Shown piece by piece: positions 47,813 through 61,485 of a DNA stretch of 64,000 nt. Position numbers and translations under genes: made by a program. The notes below the pieces were generated by a model. The model saw only the letters and a program-made list of their open reading frames with translations. It was not told where the DNA came from and did no database searches. Positions within the stretch are counted from its first letter, which is position 1; every line of letters starts with the position of its first letter. Origin of the DNA: Escherichia phage T4; the sequence record MZ375356.1. The stretch is one strand, 5' to 3'.

Positions 47813-47994
47813 TTTTATTCTCCGAGATGTTTAATTGCGGTACAGGTATAATATCATATCCTGTACCAAAGTAAACAATTATTTTACTACTTTCCAATGC
47901 TGCATGTCAAGTTTACCAACTTTTTTCATCTTCTCAATTAAGCGTTCTGCACGTTGGCGAGCTAACATAATGCCATTCGCCTAATTCATTTTGT

Positions 47995-48207
47995 TCAATT
48001 TTTCCAACGAACTGTATTCAATTCATAAATCCAACCAGTAAAGAAATTATGAACTTGAATTGTAAAGGTGAAATCTGTTCCCATACCTTCTGTTGTTTCT
48101 ACTTCAATAATATCACCTTCAACTGCCATTAAGAACCACATAGTTTCATCATATTTACCATTGAAGCATTTAGTTTTAACTGCAGCGTTCAGATTAATCG
48201 TTTTCAT
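47995..48207 (-). CDS. hypothetical 70-aa protein
   Basis: ORF; position only. Confidence 0.55.
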   Translation of the reverse strand: MKTINLNAAVKTKCFNGKYDETMWFLMAVEGDIIEVETTEGMGTDFTFTIQVHNFFTGWIYELNTVRWKN

Positions 48208-48282
48208 TTTATTCTCCTTTGTTTGTGTAAGATAATACTATCACAAAGGAACTATACTGTAAACAACTTTGTGCAATCTTTG

Positions 48283-48310
48283 GAAAATAAAAAAGGACTC
48301 CCGAAGGAGT
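48283..48310 (-). terminator. rho-independent terminator after the 30.9-position gene
   Basis: Minus strand reads ggactcc-TTCG-ggagtcc followed by TTTTTATTTT. Confidence 0.75.
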
Positions 48311-48317
48311 CCTCAAC

Positions 48318-48494
48318 TTATGCTTTCTGCTTACCAAAACGAGAAGCATCATCTCGAAGAACCGCACGTGCTCGGCGCATGATCTTCTCAACAGTTTGAT
48401 TGATACGAGAGTTCGACCCACGCTTGTAGCCAGCGCGTTTAGAATCACCAACTTTCTTTTCAACTGCTTTCTTTGCTTTAGCTTGTTTTGCCAT
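48318..48494 (-). CDS. small Lys/Arg-rich protein (30.9 position)
   Basis: ATG-initiated MAKQAKAKKAVEKKVGDSKRAGYKRG...; the track extends to 48536 using a non-ATG start. Confidence 0.55.
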   Translation of the reverse strand: MAKQAKAKKAVEKKVGDSKRAGYKRGSNSRINQTVEKIMRRARAVLRDDASRFGKQKA

Positions 48495-48738
48495 TATAAA
48501 TTCTCTTTTAAATGAAAATGCAGGACTTATTGGCATTGCCTGCGCAAGCCCTCAAGGGGAACATAGGTTTTTGGATATTTAACGACCAGGATAACCATAA
48601 ACCCGTCATCATTCACATTCAAGAGGTACACCGTAAAACTGTCGGGGTCTTAAAACTATAATGATTCGCAAATCATTAATCAGACAGTTCGACGGCTCCT
48701 CGATTTAGCTCACACTAAGGCAGTGAATCTCCAATAAA

Positions 48739-48987
48739 TTACTTCAGTGTTACCACAAAGTGACGAACTGCTTTTCGTGCAGCAGAAGCCAGAGGCTTAG
48801 CATATTTAAGTTCATCTTTTTCCTGAAGCTCAGCAGCTAATGCAGTTTGAGCAGGATTCAGATGTTTGAAATAACGCAGGATTTCAAGAGCTTCGGCTTC
48901 AACATCAATAGATGCGCCATAGTTTTCGTGACCATTATTCCATGCGTTTCGTTGCAGTTCAAGAGCGTGTTGTAATTGTTTAATCAT
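48739..48987 (-). CDS. rIII: rIII lysis-inhibition accessory protein
   Basis: 82-aa ORF starting MIKQLQHALELQRNAWNNGHENYG. Confidence 0.88.
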   Translation of the reverse strand: MIKQLQHALELQRNAWNNGHENYGASIDVEAEALEILRYFKHLNPAQTALAAELQEKDELKYAKPLASAARKAVRHFVVTLK

Positions 48988-49134
48988 TTAAAAATTCTCG
49001 TTAGAGATTAAAACTCGGTAGTCACGTTCTTCTGAATTTCATCTTCTTTCGACAGATCTCTCAGTTGTAGACTACCACATAGAATTGTTCGGTTAACTTA
49101 TTATTCCGACACCCAATTCATATTATTATTTATA

Positions 49135-49470
49135 TCACTTATAAAGACACGGAATAGCTTTATAGTGACAGGTAACGAATTTTTGTTTAATTTCTTTTGG
49201 CTGCTTAAGACCCAGAGCTACAAAAGGATGCGGAACATTTCGAATTTGACCAACTGGAAGAGAAGTCAAATCACCAACTTCGCAGAAACCTTCAGGAACA
49301 TCAGGACCGACAGAGTGAACTACACACAGTTCAGGAACTTCACCTTGAACACGTTTACCGATAATAAGTCCTGATTCTGTAACTTCTTCATCACCGGCTT
49401 GTGCAGGTTCAGAAACTAAAATAACATATTCACCGACAGCACGAATTGGTAGCTGTTGTACTTCAGACAT
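49135..49470 (-). CDS. 31: co-chaperonin gp31 (GroES analogue for capsid folding)
   Basis: 111-aa ORF starting [19 protein letters not shown]. Confidence 0.92.
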
Positions 49471-49523
49471 CGTTTTTCCTTTTTGTTAACAGATGAATTA
49501 ATAACAAATAGTTCTTAAAGCAT

Positions 49524-49832
49524 TTATTTACCAATAAATTGAAGCAAATGCTCAACTTTCATACCATTAACGGAAATCAATTTGTCAATAGAAAAACCTC
49601 GCCACGCACCAAGCTCAACATCAAATACTGGAATCATGTCAGTAGATTCTTTCCGAGTAGATTCAGTCAATTTGCCAGTTTGCATGGTTGGCATAAAGTC
49701 TGCATCACGAGTACCTTTCATAGTACGAATAGTACCATCAGACTTTTCAAAAACTACGTTTGAAACACCCATGGACAATTTAGTTTTCAAAATTTCACGA
49801 ATTGCTACTTTCTGCTCAGTTGTCAGTTTCAT
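49524..49832 (-). CDS. hypothetical 102-aa protein (31.1 position)
   Basis: ORF; position only. Confidence 0.6.
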   Translation of the reverse strand: MKLTTEQKVAIREILKTKLSMGVSNVVFEKSDGTIRTMKGTRDADFMPTMQTGKLTESTRKESTDMIPVFDVELGAWRGFSIDKLISVNGMKVEHLLQFIGK

Positions 49833-50078
49833 TTATTTACCTATTACAGTTTTAATATGAGTTGTTCCACGTTCTTTAAGGGTGGAAAGTAATTTTTGGC
49901 ATTTTTCTAAATCAGATTTCCAACTATATGGTCTATCAATACAAACCCAATTTGTCTTATAATACTGTTTCCATTTAGAGAAAAAATATTTCTTATACTC
50001 TACAGCAAATGAGATGTTCTCGTTAGAATAAGAACTAATTGCTGTGAGTTTACCAAACGAAATTTCATTATTCACCAC
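49833..50078 (-). CDS. hypothetical 81-aa protein (31.2 position)
   Basis: ORF; position only. Confidence 0.55.
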   Translation of the reverse strand: MVNNEISFGKLTAISSYSNENISFAVEYKKYFFSKWKQYYKTNWVCIDRPYSWKSDLEKCQKLLSTLKERGTTHIKTVIGK

Positions 50079-50649
50079 AGAATTCGTTGATATTTTCCCA
50101 GTTTAACTTATTCAAGTTTTTCTTAGGAACATTAAACACTTCAATACCTGCATTTCGCAGAATATCATCCCAACCGGGTTTATTTTTGTCGTATGTTTCA
50201 CAATAAACCAGCTTTTTAATACCAGATTGAGCTATCGCTTTTGCGCAATCTGGACAAGGAGAAAGTGTTACATACATAGTAGCACCTTCAATAGAAGAAC
50301 CATTTCGTGCAGCAAACAAAATTGCATTTAGTTCAGCATGAATTTCATTTTTAGATGACCATTCCGAGTGAGCACTACGATGTTCTTTCGCCAAAACAAA
50401 ACGATCAGTTGAACCAAATGATACGCATTCAGGCTTATGACCTTGAATGATAGCATGTTTAGGCTTATTCAACAACCATCCTTGCTCAGCAGCATAATCA
50501 CAACAGTTCACACCCCCTGCGGGTGAACCATTATACCCAGTAGAAATAATACGTCCATTCTTTTCAATTACTGCTCCTACCTTCCAGGAGCAACATTTTG
50601 ATTCCTGCGATACTAAATATGCAATTTGAAGTACTGTACTCGCTTTCAT
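50068..50649 (-). CDS. cd: dCMP deaminase
   Basis: 193-aa ORF; zinc-binding deaminase motifs HAELNAI and PCPDCAKAI. Confidence 0.92.
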   Translation of the reverse strand: MKASTVLQIAYLVSQESKCCSWKVGAVIEKNGRIISTGYNGSPAGGVNCCDYAAEQGWLLNKPKHAIIQGHKPECVSFGSTDRFVLAKEHRSAHSEWSSKNEIHAELNAILFAARNGSSIEGATMYVTLSPCPDCAKAIAQSGIKKLVYCETYDKNKPGWDDILRNAGIEVFNVPKKNLNKLNWENINEFCGE

Positions 50650-50984
50650 TTCATAATCACCAGATAAGCAGATTTAGCAGTTTCAACACGATAAATTTCG
50701 TGACGAAGTTTAGTTATACTTTTAATAACAGAACTAATTATATTCTGCCCATCTTTAAAGCGGTTTTTCTTATCAATAAAAACTGCGCCAGTCATCTTTT
50801 TGTGAAGCTCAACTGGATACTTCGTCACAATAATAGCATCATACACAGAAGGATGAATACTATTCACCAGAGTATCATTCATTAAAGTTATTCTAATGAA
50901 CTGTGCTGTTTCAGAATCAAGCGCTCTATGATCGCCAGTATCATTTTCAAGACAATTATCAATTATATCAGTTAAATTCATCAT
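50646..50984 (-). CDS. hypothetical 112-aa protein (cd.1 position)
   Basis: ORF; ATGA coupling. Confidence 0.55.
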   Translation of the reverse strand: MMNLTDIIDNCLENDTGDHRALDSETAQFIRITLMNDTLVNSIHPSVYDAIIVTKYPVELHKKMTGAVFIDKKNRFKDGQNIISSVIKSITKLRHEIYRVETAKSAYLVIMK

Positions 50985-51220
50985 AGTACGCCATACACCC
51001 TTTGTGCTTCAACTAATCCATCAAAATCCAGTTTAAGATGCGATATTTGATCGCCATCACCTGGATTCACAATTACTAATACTGAACGAGGAGTTTCGGT
51101 AATAACACGAACCGATGTTTCAGGAAATCGTTCAGAAACCTTATTTACTAATTCCTGCGCAAATAGTTTAACTTTTTCTTGGAATTCTTTAACAGTAATC
51201 GGTTTTTCACTTAGCAACAT
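50981..51220 (-). CDS. hypothetical 79-aa protein (cd.2 position)
   Basis: ORF; position only. Confidence 0.55.
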   Translation of the reverse strand: MLLSEKPITVKEFQEKVKLFAQELVNKVSERFPETSVRVITETPRSVLVIVNPGDGDQISHLKLDFDGLVEAQRVYGVL

Positions 51221-51282
51221 TTTGTTTTCCTCATTTGTTTTGGTAGAGCTATAATATCACAACTCTACCGTAAAGTAAACCA

Positions 51283-51498
51283 TTAAATCGCTTTGAATTC
51301 CGCAGTTTGAGATTCAAAGCGAATATCGCCTTTGATAACAAGCTCAGCATCAAGACCAAATACGACAATGATATGCGCGGAACCTGGATACAGTGTAATG
51401 GCAATAGAATCCACCTGGTCTGGAAGCAAAGTGTTCAATACATGAGTCACTTGAGCATGGATTCGAAGCTCAGCTGCGTTATCAAGTTTTTCAAACAT
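51283..51498 (-). CDS. hypothetical 71-aa protein (cd.3 position)
   Basis: ORF; position only. Confidence 0.5.
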   Translation of the reverse strand: MFEKLDNAAELRIHAQVTHVLNTLLPDQVDSIAITLYPGSAHIIVVFGLDAELVIKGDIRFESQTAEFKAI

Positions 51499-51556
51499 AT
51501 TATTAGCGATTTTGGCTACACTACTTCTACGATTTTAGAGTAAGTCGGAAACATAT

Positions 51557-51747
51557 TTACCTCACATAATTTTCTTCAAGCCAATCAATAACATCCAACG
51601 CATTATCAAAAGTTGAACCATCTACTCTGTCTTCTGTTTCATAATCAAGAACATCTGCCTACTCTTCCGTCAACAATAGGCCATAGACAAAATAGATATT
51701 TCTTTTCTTTTTCAATTTTATCACAAAGACGATAAATCTTTTCTAGG

Positions 51748-51755
<8 letters not shown>
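51557..51755 (-). pseudogene. hypothetical ~66-codon gene split across two frames
   Basis: ATG at 51755 gives MNNLEKIYRLCDKIEKEKKYLFCLWPIVDGRVG... then a stop; the +1 frame continues DVLDYETEDRVDGSTFDNALDVIDWLEENYVR to 51557. Confidence 0.4.
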
Positions 51756-53074
<1,319 letters not shown>

Positions 53075-53078
<4 letters not shown>

Positions 53079-53374
53079 TTACATTTATCCTCTTTTAGCT
53101 CTTGACGATAATAACATATCATAGTTTTCTGGTCATGTACATATCGTTTTACATCATTAAGCCAAATACGAAATTCCTGAGAATCTTCAAATGGCATACC
53201 GACCCAGGCTTTACCATCAATAACTTTAACTTGCCAAGATAGTTTAGCTTCATCATATGACTTTATTTGCACAGGCCAATTAGGATGAACTGTTTCTTTC
53301 TTTACTTCTAGAGGCTTTGTCGAACAACCAACTAGAAGACCAATAGATAATATTACTGCTGATAGTTTAATCAT
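53075..53374 (-). CDS. pseT.2: outer-membrane lipoprotein, o-spanin (Rz1 equivalent)
   Basis: Signal peptide plus lipobox MIKLSAVILSIGLLVGC; ATGA-coupled downstream of a TM/coiled-coil partner. Confidence 0.75.
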
Positions 53375-53724
53375 TTAGAAAGGTCCTGGATGTCTTCTGC
53401 GAACTTGTTGAAGGAGTTGTTGATTTGTTTTTCAACCAATCCTGGCTTATGAGCCACCACATCCGCCTTCTTTGCATCTTTGCGCAGTTTTTCATTTTCA
53501 CGCTCAATAGCAGCAATTGCCTCACGATTTTTATTATTCATCGCATCAATATAATTATACTGAATTCGCAAATTATTTAATGCTAAGGCGTTTTCATTGG
53601 CCGTTTTTGTAATTTCAGTAACTGATGTTTCTAATCTTTCTACCTTATGTTTTAAAATAATAGATGTTCCGCCAAATGCTATTACAAGTAATAGCAATCC
53701 AGCTGTAAAATTACTTACATGCAT
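53371..53724 (-). CDS. pseT.3: inner-membrane i-spanin (Rz equivalent)
   Basis: N-terminal TM helix (AGLLLLVIAFGGTSIIL) followed by a coiled-coil-like periplasmic domain. Confidence 0.75.
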   Translation of the reverse strand: MHVSNFTAGLLLLVIAFGGTSIILKHKVERLETSVTEITKTANENALALNNLRIQYNYIDAMNNKNREAIAAIERENEKLRKDAKKADVVAHKPGLVEKQINNSFNKFAEDIQDLSK

Positions 53725-54221
53725 AAAGTTTTAATAACCTCTACAATATCGTCTTGAGAAAGACCGTTAATTAAAATATGATGTTCAGCTGGAGATTTAG
53801 AAATTTTAAAGCATGCCTCAACATCTTCTGCCATATCCGATGCACTACGATTTGGATTACTAATACCAAGGCGATGTTTTCCCGTCAAAGGATTAACGAT
53901 GATATAGCATTTGCAGCTATTGATATGAACATTGGGTTGAGTCTGATTAATGAACACTTCACAATCATACTTAGCAAGTTGATTTTCTAAAAAGACTTTC
54001 ATCTCTTCAACCGCATCAGGAAGCATATCACGGGCTTGCTCAAGACGACGATTTCGATATTCTTTAATGGTCGTTTTCCGCTTGACTTGCTTAGCTAAAT
54101 CTTTCTTAAGATCAGTGATATATCCAACTCGACGATTTCCTTTGAATACAGAAATCCCATCTGTAGTATCACCGTATGCTTCAACGACCATTTCAGTAGT
54201 AATAAGTTGTAAATCCATCAT
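53715..54221 (-). CDS. alc: Alc (blocks host transcription elongation on cytosine-containing DNA)
   Basis: 168-codon ORF beginning MMDLQLITTEMVVEAYGD (167 aa from the second Met); directly downstream of an early promoter. Confidence 0.85.
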   Translation of the reverse strand: MMDLQLITTEMVVEAYGDTTDGISVFKGNRRVGYITDLKKDLAKQVKRKTTIKEYRNRRLEQARDMLPDAVEEMKVFLENQLAKYDCEVFINQTQPNVHINSCKCYIIVNPLTGKHRLGISNPNRSASDMAEDVEACFKISKSPAEHHILINGLSQDDIVEVIKTLCM

Positions 54222-54249
54222 AAAGTCCTCATGTTATGTCAGTAAGACT

Positions 54250-54279
54250 ACTATAACACAACACGAGGGACTTGTAAAC
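54250..54279 (-). promoter_or_regulatory. T4 early promoter (GTTTAC-N18-TATAGT) for alc
   Basis: Identical in sequence to the promoter at 41038-41067. Confidence 0.7.
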
Positions 54280-54282
54280 AAC

Positions 54283-55870
<1,588 letters not shown>

Positions 55871-55897
55871 AATAAAATGGGCCTTGCGGCCCACTCC

Positions 55898-56400
55898 TTA
55901 AAAGTATTTTTTAAAACTCATCATAACTTTATCATCAACATCATTATCAATCTGTGCAACAAGGTAAGATGACAGTTCTACTTCTTGCGGCGCGGATTGA
56001 ACATTATCAGAATTAAGATATTCACGAATCCAAGGATATGGATGTTTAACCGGAGCATCGGTAATTGGGCATGGAAGACCGCACTGTTTCATACGAGATA
56101 CAGTTAAGTAATCAATAAAGCTCCACATGCTATTTGTATTTAATCCAGGAACATCACCATCTTTAAATAAATGAACTGCCCAGTCTTTTTCCTGGCGGTT
56201 AACTTCCATGAAAATATCAACTGCTTCTTGTTCACACTCTTGGGCAATTTTAACCCATTCATCACCATCAGTACCGGATTGAAGTTGACGAATAATATAT
56301 TGGGTGCCTTTAAGGTGAAGCTGTTCATCACGTGCAATGAACTTCATAATCTTGGCATTACCTTCCATGATTTCCATGTTCTTATGGAAGTTAAAGGTAC
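55898..56400 (-). CDS. nrdB: ribonucleotide reductase small subunit NrdB, exon 2
   Basis: In-frame continuation ...TFNFHKNMEIMEGNAKIMKFIARDEQLH...; splice junction inferred to give SFA-C-TFNF; exon 1 + exon 2 = 1167 nt (388 aa). Confidence 0.85.
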
Positions 56401-56996
56401 CGTATGTTCGATTGAGCTCGCTAATTCTCAACCCGTTCTCTTATGAACTGCTGCATGTTACCATGCAGTCCAGACTATATCACAATCCCGGAGGGATTCT
56501 CCCCATTTCGAGTCGCTTGACCCTACGTCCGAAGACTAGTCGTTGAACCTTGTTTTGCAATTGTCGCCGTGCCATCGTTTATATGTTGATGGTGATAAAT
56601 CTTTCTTATCACAATATGGACAATTCAATTGAATTCTATTTGGATTTAATTTACATCTGTCATTATGTTTTAGATAAAATCCAGGACCTTTACCAATGTG
56701 ACCACAGAAATCACATGTGATTTCTTTTTGTGCAGGATGGGTCCCGTTCTTAACCATTTCTAATGTTTTTGCTGATGTTCTTTTCTTATGTTCTTCCATC
56801 AGAATCTTTAGGTAGGTCCGTTAGCATCTATCCAAATTTTTCTATAGTTCAATTGTGCATCCTCTTAAAAGTATAATCATATTTATATTATACTAATTAA
56901 AGGTGCAAGCAAAACCTTGGCTGCTAGTTTTCCATAAAGGACTTTCCAGCAATTAAAGGAGTTTTCGATAAACGTTACCGTTTAAAGGCGCATTTT
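56401..56996 (-). mobile_element. group I self-splicing intron in nrdB (about 596 nt)
   Basis: Interrupts the conserved R2 motif FYVSFAC; 5' exon ends in U, intron ends in G; shares core sequence blocks with the td intron. Confidence 0.8.
56536..56799 (-). CDS. I-TevIII: I-TevIII remnant (intron ORF, C-terminal zinc-finger/DNA-binding part only)
   Basis: 87-aa ORF with CDFCGH...CPYC motifs and no catalytic domain. Confidence 0.6.
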   Translation of the reverse strand: MEEHKKRTSAKTLEMVKNGTHPAQKEITCDFCGHIGKGPGFYLKHNDRCKLNPNRIQLNCPYCDKKDLSPSTYKRWHGDNCKTRFND

Positions 56997-57660
56997 ACGC
57001 AAAAGATACATAAAAACGAATAGCTTCTAAGGCATTAATAACGTGCAAACAGAGGTAAAGAGATTTCATCAGATCTCGTTTAGCTCTTTGCTCAACGTCT
57101 TTATCAGCTAGAATTAGACCTTGGTCTTTATAATATTCAACCATGTCTTTAGCATTTTCCCATTCACGGGTTTTAACCAAGACATCATCGTAATATCGCC
57201 CAATGGACTCAGCACGTTTCATAATAGCTTCATCTAATACAATCTCATCAAACACCTTCGATGGATCAGTATAAAGATTTCGCATGATATGAGTATATGA
57301 ACGACTGTGAATAGTTTCACTAAAAGTCCATGTAGCAACCCATGTATCAAGGCTTGGGTCTGAAATTAATGACATAAGTACAGCAGATGGCGCACGACCC
57401 TGAATGCTATCCAAAAGTGATTGATACTTCAGGTTGTTAGTAAAAATATTTTGCTGATACTGAGGAAGCTTATTAAATTGCGCAGCATCCATCATTAAGT
57501 TTACTTCTTCAGAACGCCAAAAAAAACTGATCTGCCGCTCAATGAGTTCTTCAAATACTCGATGTCGTTGAATATCATATCGAGCTAAACCTAATCCAGA
57601 ACCAAAGAACATCGGTTCATTCAAAACATCAACTGGATTTGTATTAAAAACTGTACTCAT
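56997..57660 (-). CDS. nrdB: ribonucleotide reductase small subunit NrdB, exon 1
   Basis: MSTVFNTNPVDVLNEPMFFG...LEAIRFYVSFA followed by an in-frame stop at the start of the intron. Confidence 0.88.
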
Positions 57661-58355
57661 TTAGAATCCTTAAATTTACATTTATCATAATGCCATCTTA
57701 AAGCATTGCCTTTATTAACTTTCTTACCACAGTGCGGGCAAGGTGGATACTCTGCTCCTTGTTTAGTTCTCAAAGAAATCAAATCACGGGTTTCTTTAGT
57801 ATGAGGAACATCTCTTGTCGGAGAAATTGTACCATACATCGGATTAAGCACGCCGACTTTAGCAGCAGCTATATTCTTTTTAGCTTCTTCAGTTTTAGGC
57901 TTTCTCATCTTTTTCTTAGTTTCTTCGCTTTTAGCCCTTCCTTTGGTTGCCGCCGATATTTTGTGTTTGGTTTCTTCTGTTAAACGCAGACCTGTTTTCG
58001 CTTTTGACATTTTCAGTCTCGTTTCTTCAGAAATGACCGTACCTTTGCGAAATTGCGAATTTAACTTCTTTGCATGGGCATATATTTTAGAATGAACTTT
58101 ATAATGACGTTTCTTAGTTCCTTTCATATTGCACATCATGAAAAATGCGAATATAACAGATTTTACCGGATAAATCTTTGATAAAATAGCATGCGCTATA
58201 AAATGCTCTCTAGCTGTTAATTCAACTAAATTTTCTTTATCATCAGAACCTCCCATGCATCTAGGGATTATATGATGTGTCTCTTTATATTCGGATAAAG
58301 GTTCCCGAGCCTGAGCTCGGGAAATTAGGTCGTTATAGATTTTTTGATAATTCAT
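57657..58355 (-). CDS. mobE: HNH homing endonuclease MobE (free-standing)
   Basis: 232-aa ORF between nrdA and nrdB; HNH motif HHIIPRCMGGSDDKENLVELTAREHFIAH; C-terminal zinc-finger-like CPHCGK. Confidence 0.8.
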   Translation of the reverse strand: MNYQKIYNDLISRAQAREPLSEYKETHHIIPRCMGGSDDKENLVELTAREHFIAHAILSKIYPVKSVIFAFFMMCNMKGTKKRHYKVHSKIYAHAKKLNSQFRKGTVISEETRLKMSKAKTGLRLTEETKHKISAATKGRAKSEETKKKMRKPKTEEAKKNIAAAKVGVLNPMYGTISPTRDVPHTKETRDLISLRTKQGAEYPPCPHCGKKVNKGNALRWHYDKCKFKDSK

Positions 58356-60619
58356 TACAATTTACACGCTGCACAATCATCGGCTTTAGGAGTTTCTATT
58401 TCATAATCATCAGTACCAGAACCATCACGGGTATTATGATAATAGAAATTTTTAATGCCATAATACCATCCGTATAGCATGTCATCAATCATTATTGACA
58501 TTGGAACCTTTCCTTTTGGAAAAATCTGCGGGTCATAATATGTATTCGCTGAAGCTGATTGACATACCCATTTCAGCATAATAGCTACCTGCGTAAGATA
58601 AGGTTTATTACCTTTCTTAGCTAATTTCCATGTATAATCATAGAGGTCTATGTTATGCTCAATATTGGGCACGACTTGATTAAAGGAACCCTCTTTTGAT
58701 TCTTTAACACTTACCGGTCCACGTGGAGGCTCGATGCCGTTTGTACTGTTAGAAACTTGGGAAGATGACTCACATGGCATAAGTGCTGATAATGTGCTAT
58801 TACGGATGCCAAATAGCTTAAGGTCTTCCCGCAGCGCCGACCAGTCACAAACGTATTTTGGAGCTGCGATTTGGTCAATCTTTTTATTGTACCAGTCGAT
58901 AGGTAATTCGCCTCGAGACCAACGAGTGTCTGAATAATATTCGCAAGGTCCTTTTTCTTTGGCGAGCTTAATGGATGCTTTAATGAGTCCATACTGTAAT
59001 CTCTCAAATAGTTCATGTGTTAAATCGTTAGCATCTTCATAAGAAGCAAAGTTACTTGCCAGCCAAGCTGCATAGTTGGTAACACCTACACCGAGGTTAC
59101 GACGCTTTTTAGCTTTTTCTGCTTCAGGAACCGGATATCCTTGGTAATCCAACAGATTATCAAGAGCACGAACTTGAACTTCTGCCAATTCATTAATTTT
59201 ATCTTGGTCTTGCCAGTCAAAATTATCTAATACGAATGCAGAGAGAGTACACAATCCAATTTCAGCATCAGGGCTATTCACATCATTTGTTGGAATAGCA
59301 ATTTCACAGCACAAGTTACTCTGACGAATAGGTGCCTTTTCACGAATAAACGGAGTATAGTTATTCGTATTATCAATGAACTGCACATAAATCCTTGCTG
59401 TTCCTGAACGTTCAGTCATGAGCAATTCAAATAGTTCACGGGCTTTAATACGCTTTTTACGAATATTAGGGTCTTTTTCTGCTGCTTCGTATAATTCACG
59501 GAAACGGTCTTGGTCTTTAAAATAAGAATAATAAAGCTCGCCACCCATTTCATGCGGACTGAACAAAGTAATGTAATCGTTTTTTCCAAAACGTTCCATC
59601 ATCAAATCATTCAGTTGAACACCATAATCCATATGACGAATGCGGTTTTCTTCTACGCCTTTGTTATTTTTCAAAACGAGAAGATTTTCAACTTCCAAAT
59701 GCCAAATAGGATAATAAGCAGTAGCAGCGCCGCCACGAATTCCACCCTGTGAACATGATTTAACTGCAGTCTGAAAATGTTTCCAAAAAGGAATAACACC
59801 AGTATGGCGTACTTCACCCATGCCAATCTTAGAACCTTCGGCACGAATCATACCAACGTTAATACCAATTCCAGCGCGTTTAGAGATATATTCAACAATT
59901 GAAGCAGAAGCCTTATTGATAGACTTCAATGAATCTCCTGCCTCAATAACAACACATGAACTAAACTGTCGAGTCGGAGTACGACAACCAGCCATAATAG
60001 GAGTTGGCAATGAAATCTGTCGAGTAGATACTGCTTCATAAAAACGGATAACATGTTTTAATCTATCAACAGGTTCATCTTGATGCAGTGCCATTCCAAT
60101 AGTCATAAATGCAAACTGTGGAGTTTCATAAATTTGACCAGTGGTTTTATCTTTAACTAGATATTTTTCTTTTAATTGCATTGCCCCGGAATAAGTAAAT
60201 TCCATATCCCGTTCGTGCTTAATTTTTGATTCTAAAAATGTAATTTCTTCTGCTGAATATTTTGACAATAATTCAGGGTCGTATTTACCTGCATTTACAC
60301 AATAAGAAATATGGTCAATAAATGAACGTGGTTCATACTGCCCATAAACATGCTTACGAAGAGCAAACATTAAACAGCGTGCAGCTACATATTGATAATC
60401 AGGTTCTTCAACCGAAATAGAATTCGCAGCAGCCTTAATGACAATAGTCTGAATATCATCAGTTGTCATTCCATCACGGAGATAAGATTTAATATTTTCA
60501 TATAATTCATAAGGATCTACTGATGTTCCTTCAGCTGCCCAAGATAAAACTTTAATAATTTTTTGTGGGTCAAAGCTCTGAGAAACACCACTACTTTTGA
60601 TAACATTAATTAATTGCAT
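58355..60619 (-). CDS. nrdA: ribonucleotide reductase large subunit NrdA
   Basis: 754-aa ORF; ATP-cone N-terminus and catalytic Cys-containing segments (SNLCCEI, CESSSQVSN). Confidence 0.95.
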   Translation of the reverse strand: MQLINVIKSSGVSQSFDPQKIIKVLSWAAEGTSVDPYELYENIKSYLRDGMTTDDIQTIVIKAAANSISVEEPDYQYVAARCLMFALRKHVYGQYEPRSFIDHISYCVNAGKYDPELLSKYSAEEITFLESKIKHERDMEFTYSGAMQLKEKYLVKDKTTGQIYETPQFAFMTIGMALHQDEPVDRLKHVIRFYEAVSTRQISLPTPIMAGCRTPTRQFSSCVVIEAGDSLKSINKASASIVEYISKRAGIGINVGMIRAEGSKIGMGEVRHTGVIPFWKHFQTAVKSCSQGGIRGGAATAYYPIWHLEVENLLVLKNNKGVEENRIRHMDYGVQLNDLMMERFGKNDYITLFSPHEMGGELYYSYFKDQDRFRELYEAAEKDPNIRKKRIKARELFELLMTERSGTARIYVQFIDNTNNYTPFIREKAPIRQSNLCCEIAIPTNDVNSPDAEIGLCTLSAFVLDNFDWQDQDKINELAEVQVRALDNLLDYQGYPVPEAEKAKKRRNLGVGVTNYAAWLASNFASYEDANDLTHELFERLQYGLIKASIKLAKEKGPCEYYSDTRWSRGELPIDWYNKKIDQIAAPKYVCDWSALREDLKLFGIRNSTLSALMPCESSSQVSNSTNGIEPPRGPVSVKESKEGSFNQVVPNIEHNIDLYDYTWKLAKKGNKPYLTQVAIMLKWVCQSASANTYYDPQIFPKGKVPMSIMIDDMLYGWYYGIKNFYYHNTRDGSGTDDYEIETPKADDCAACKL

Positions 60620-60936
60620 AAGTCCTCAACTTGAAAATCGTCTTTAAACAATCGGTTAACTATATGAGCTATTATATCACCATGACACGGCTTTGGTTTA
60701 CATGTGCATCCTAGCCTCATTCCACGTAAAGGCTCTAAATGTGCTTTAGTTATTTCTCCGGATTTAATTCGACGTATAAAATCTTTTTTGAATAATTCAA
60801 TGGCAGCCTCCCGGCTGCCAGCATCTTTACCGACGTAATTTCCCCAAAATGTACCGCGGTGAATATTAACATCAAAGTCGGATTTATATTTATTCACTAC
60901 CCGGCATAGACGGCCCACGCTGGAATAATTCGTCAT
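60610..60936 (-). CDS. hypothetical 108-aa protein (nrdA.1 position)
   Basis: ORF; C-x-C...C-H cluster near the C-terminus. Confidence 0.55.
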
Positions 60937-61165
60937 ATTGTTTTTCCGTTAAAACAGTAATATCGTAGTAACAGTCAGAAGAAGTTTTAACTGTGGAAAT
61001 TTTATTATCAAAATACTCACGAGTCATTTTATGAGTATAGTATTTTTTACCATAAATGGTAATAGGCTGTTCTGGTCCTGGAACTTCTAACTCGCTTGGG
61101 TTAGGAAGTGTAAAAAGAACTACACCAGAAGTATCTTTAAATCGTAAAATCATATATCCTCGCAA
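60890..61165 (-). CDS. hypothetical 91-aa protein (nrdA.2 position)
   Basis: ORF overlapping the next gene by 47 nt. Confidence 0.5.
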
Positions 61166-61173
61166 TAATAAAA

Positions 61174-61485
61174 TTACACCGCCATCTTTCCTTTAATAGG
61201 AGGGTGTGATACATAGTTGTTAAGAACGAAATCTTTAGGCCTAAGTTTAAGAACATATTTTAATTGTTCTTTAGTAGAAAGATATCGGAATTTATAAGGT
61301 AGACCACTTATTACCAGCTCACAAAGCTCTTTAGGTTCACGCCTCAAAATTTCTTTACATTGTTCTACGTGATTCATATAGATATGAGTATTACCACCAG
61401 AAAATATCAAATCCCCTGGAATAAGATTACACATCTTAGCTACAATATGAACTAACGTAGCATATGACGCAATATTAAACGGTAG
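61174..61485 (-). CDS. td: thymidylate synthase, exon 2
   Basis: Begins [16 protein letters not shown]..., completing the conserved DVFLG|LPFNIASYA motif; exons total 861 nt (286 aa). Confidence 0.92.
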
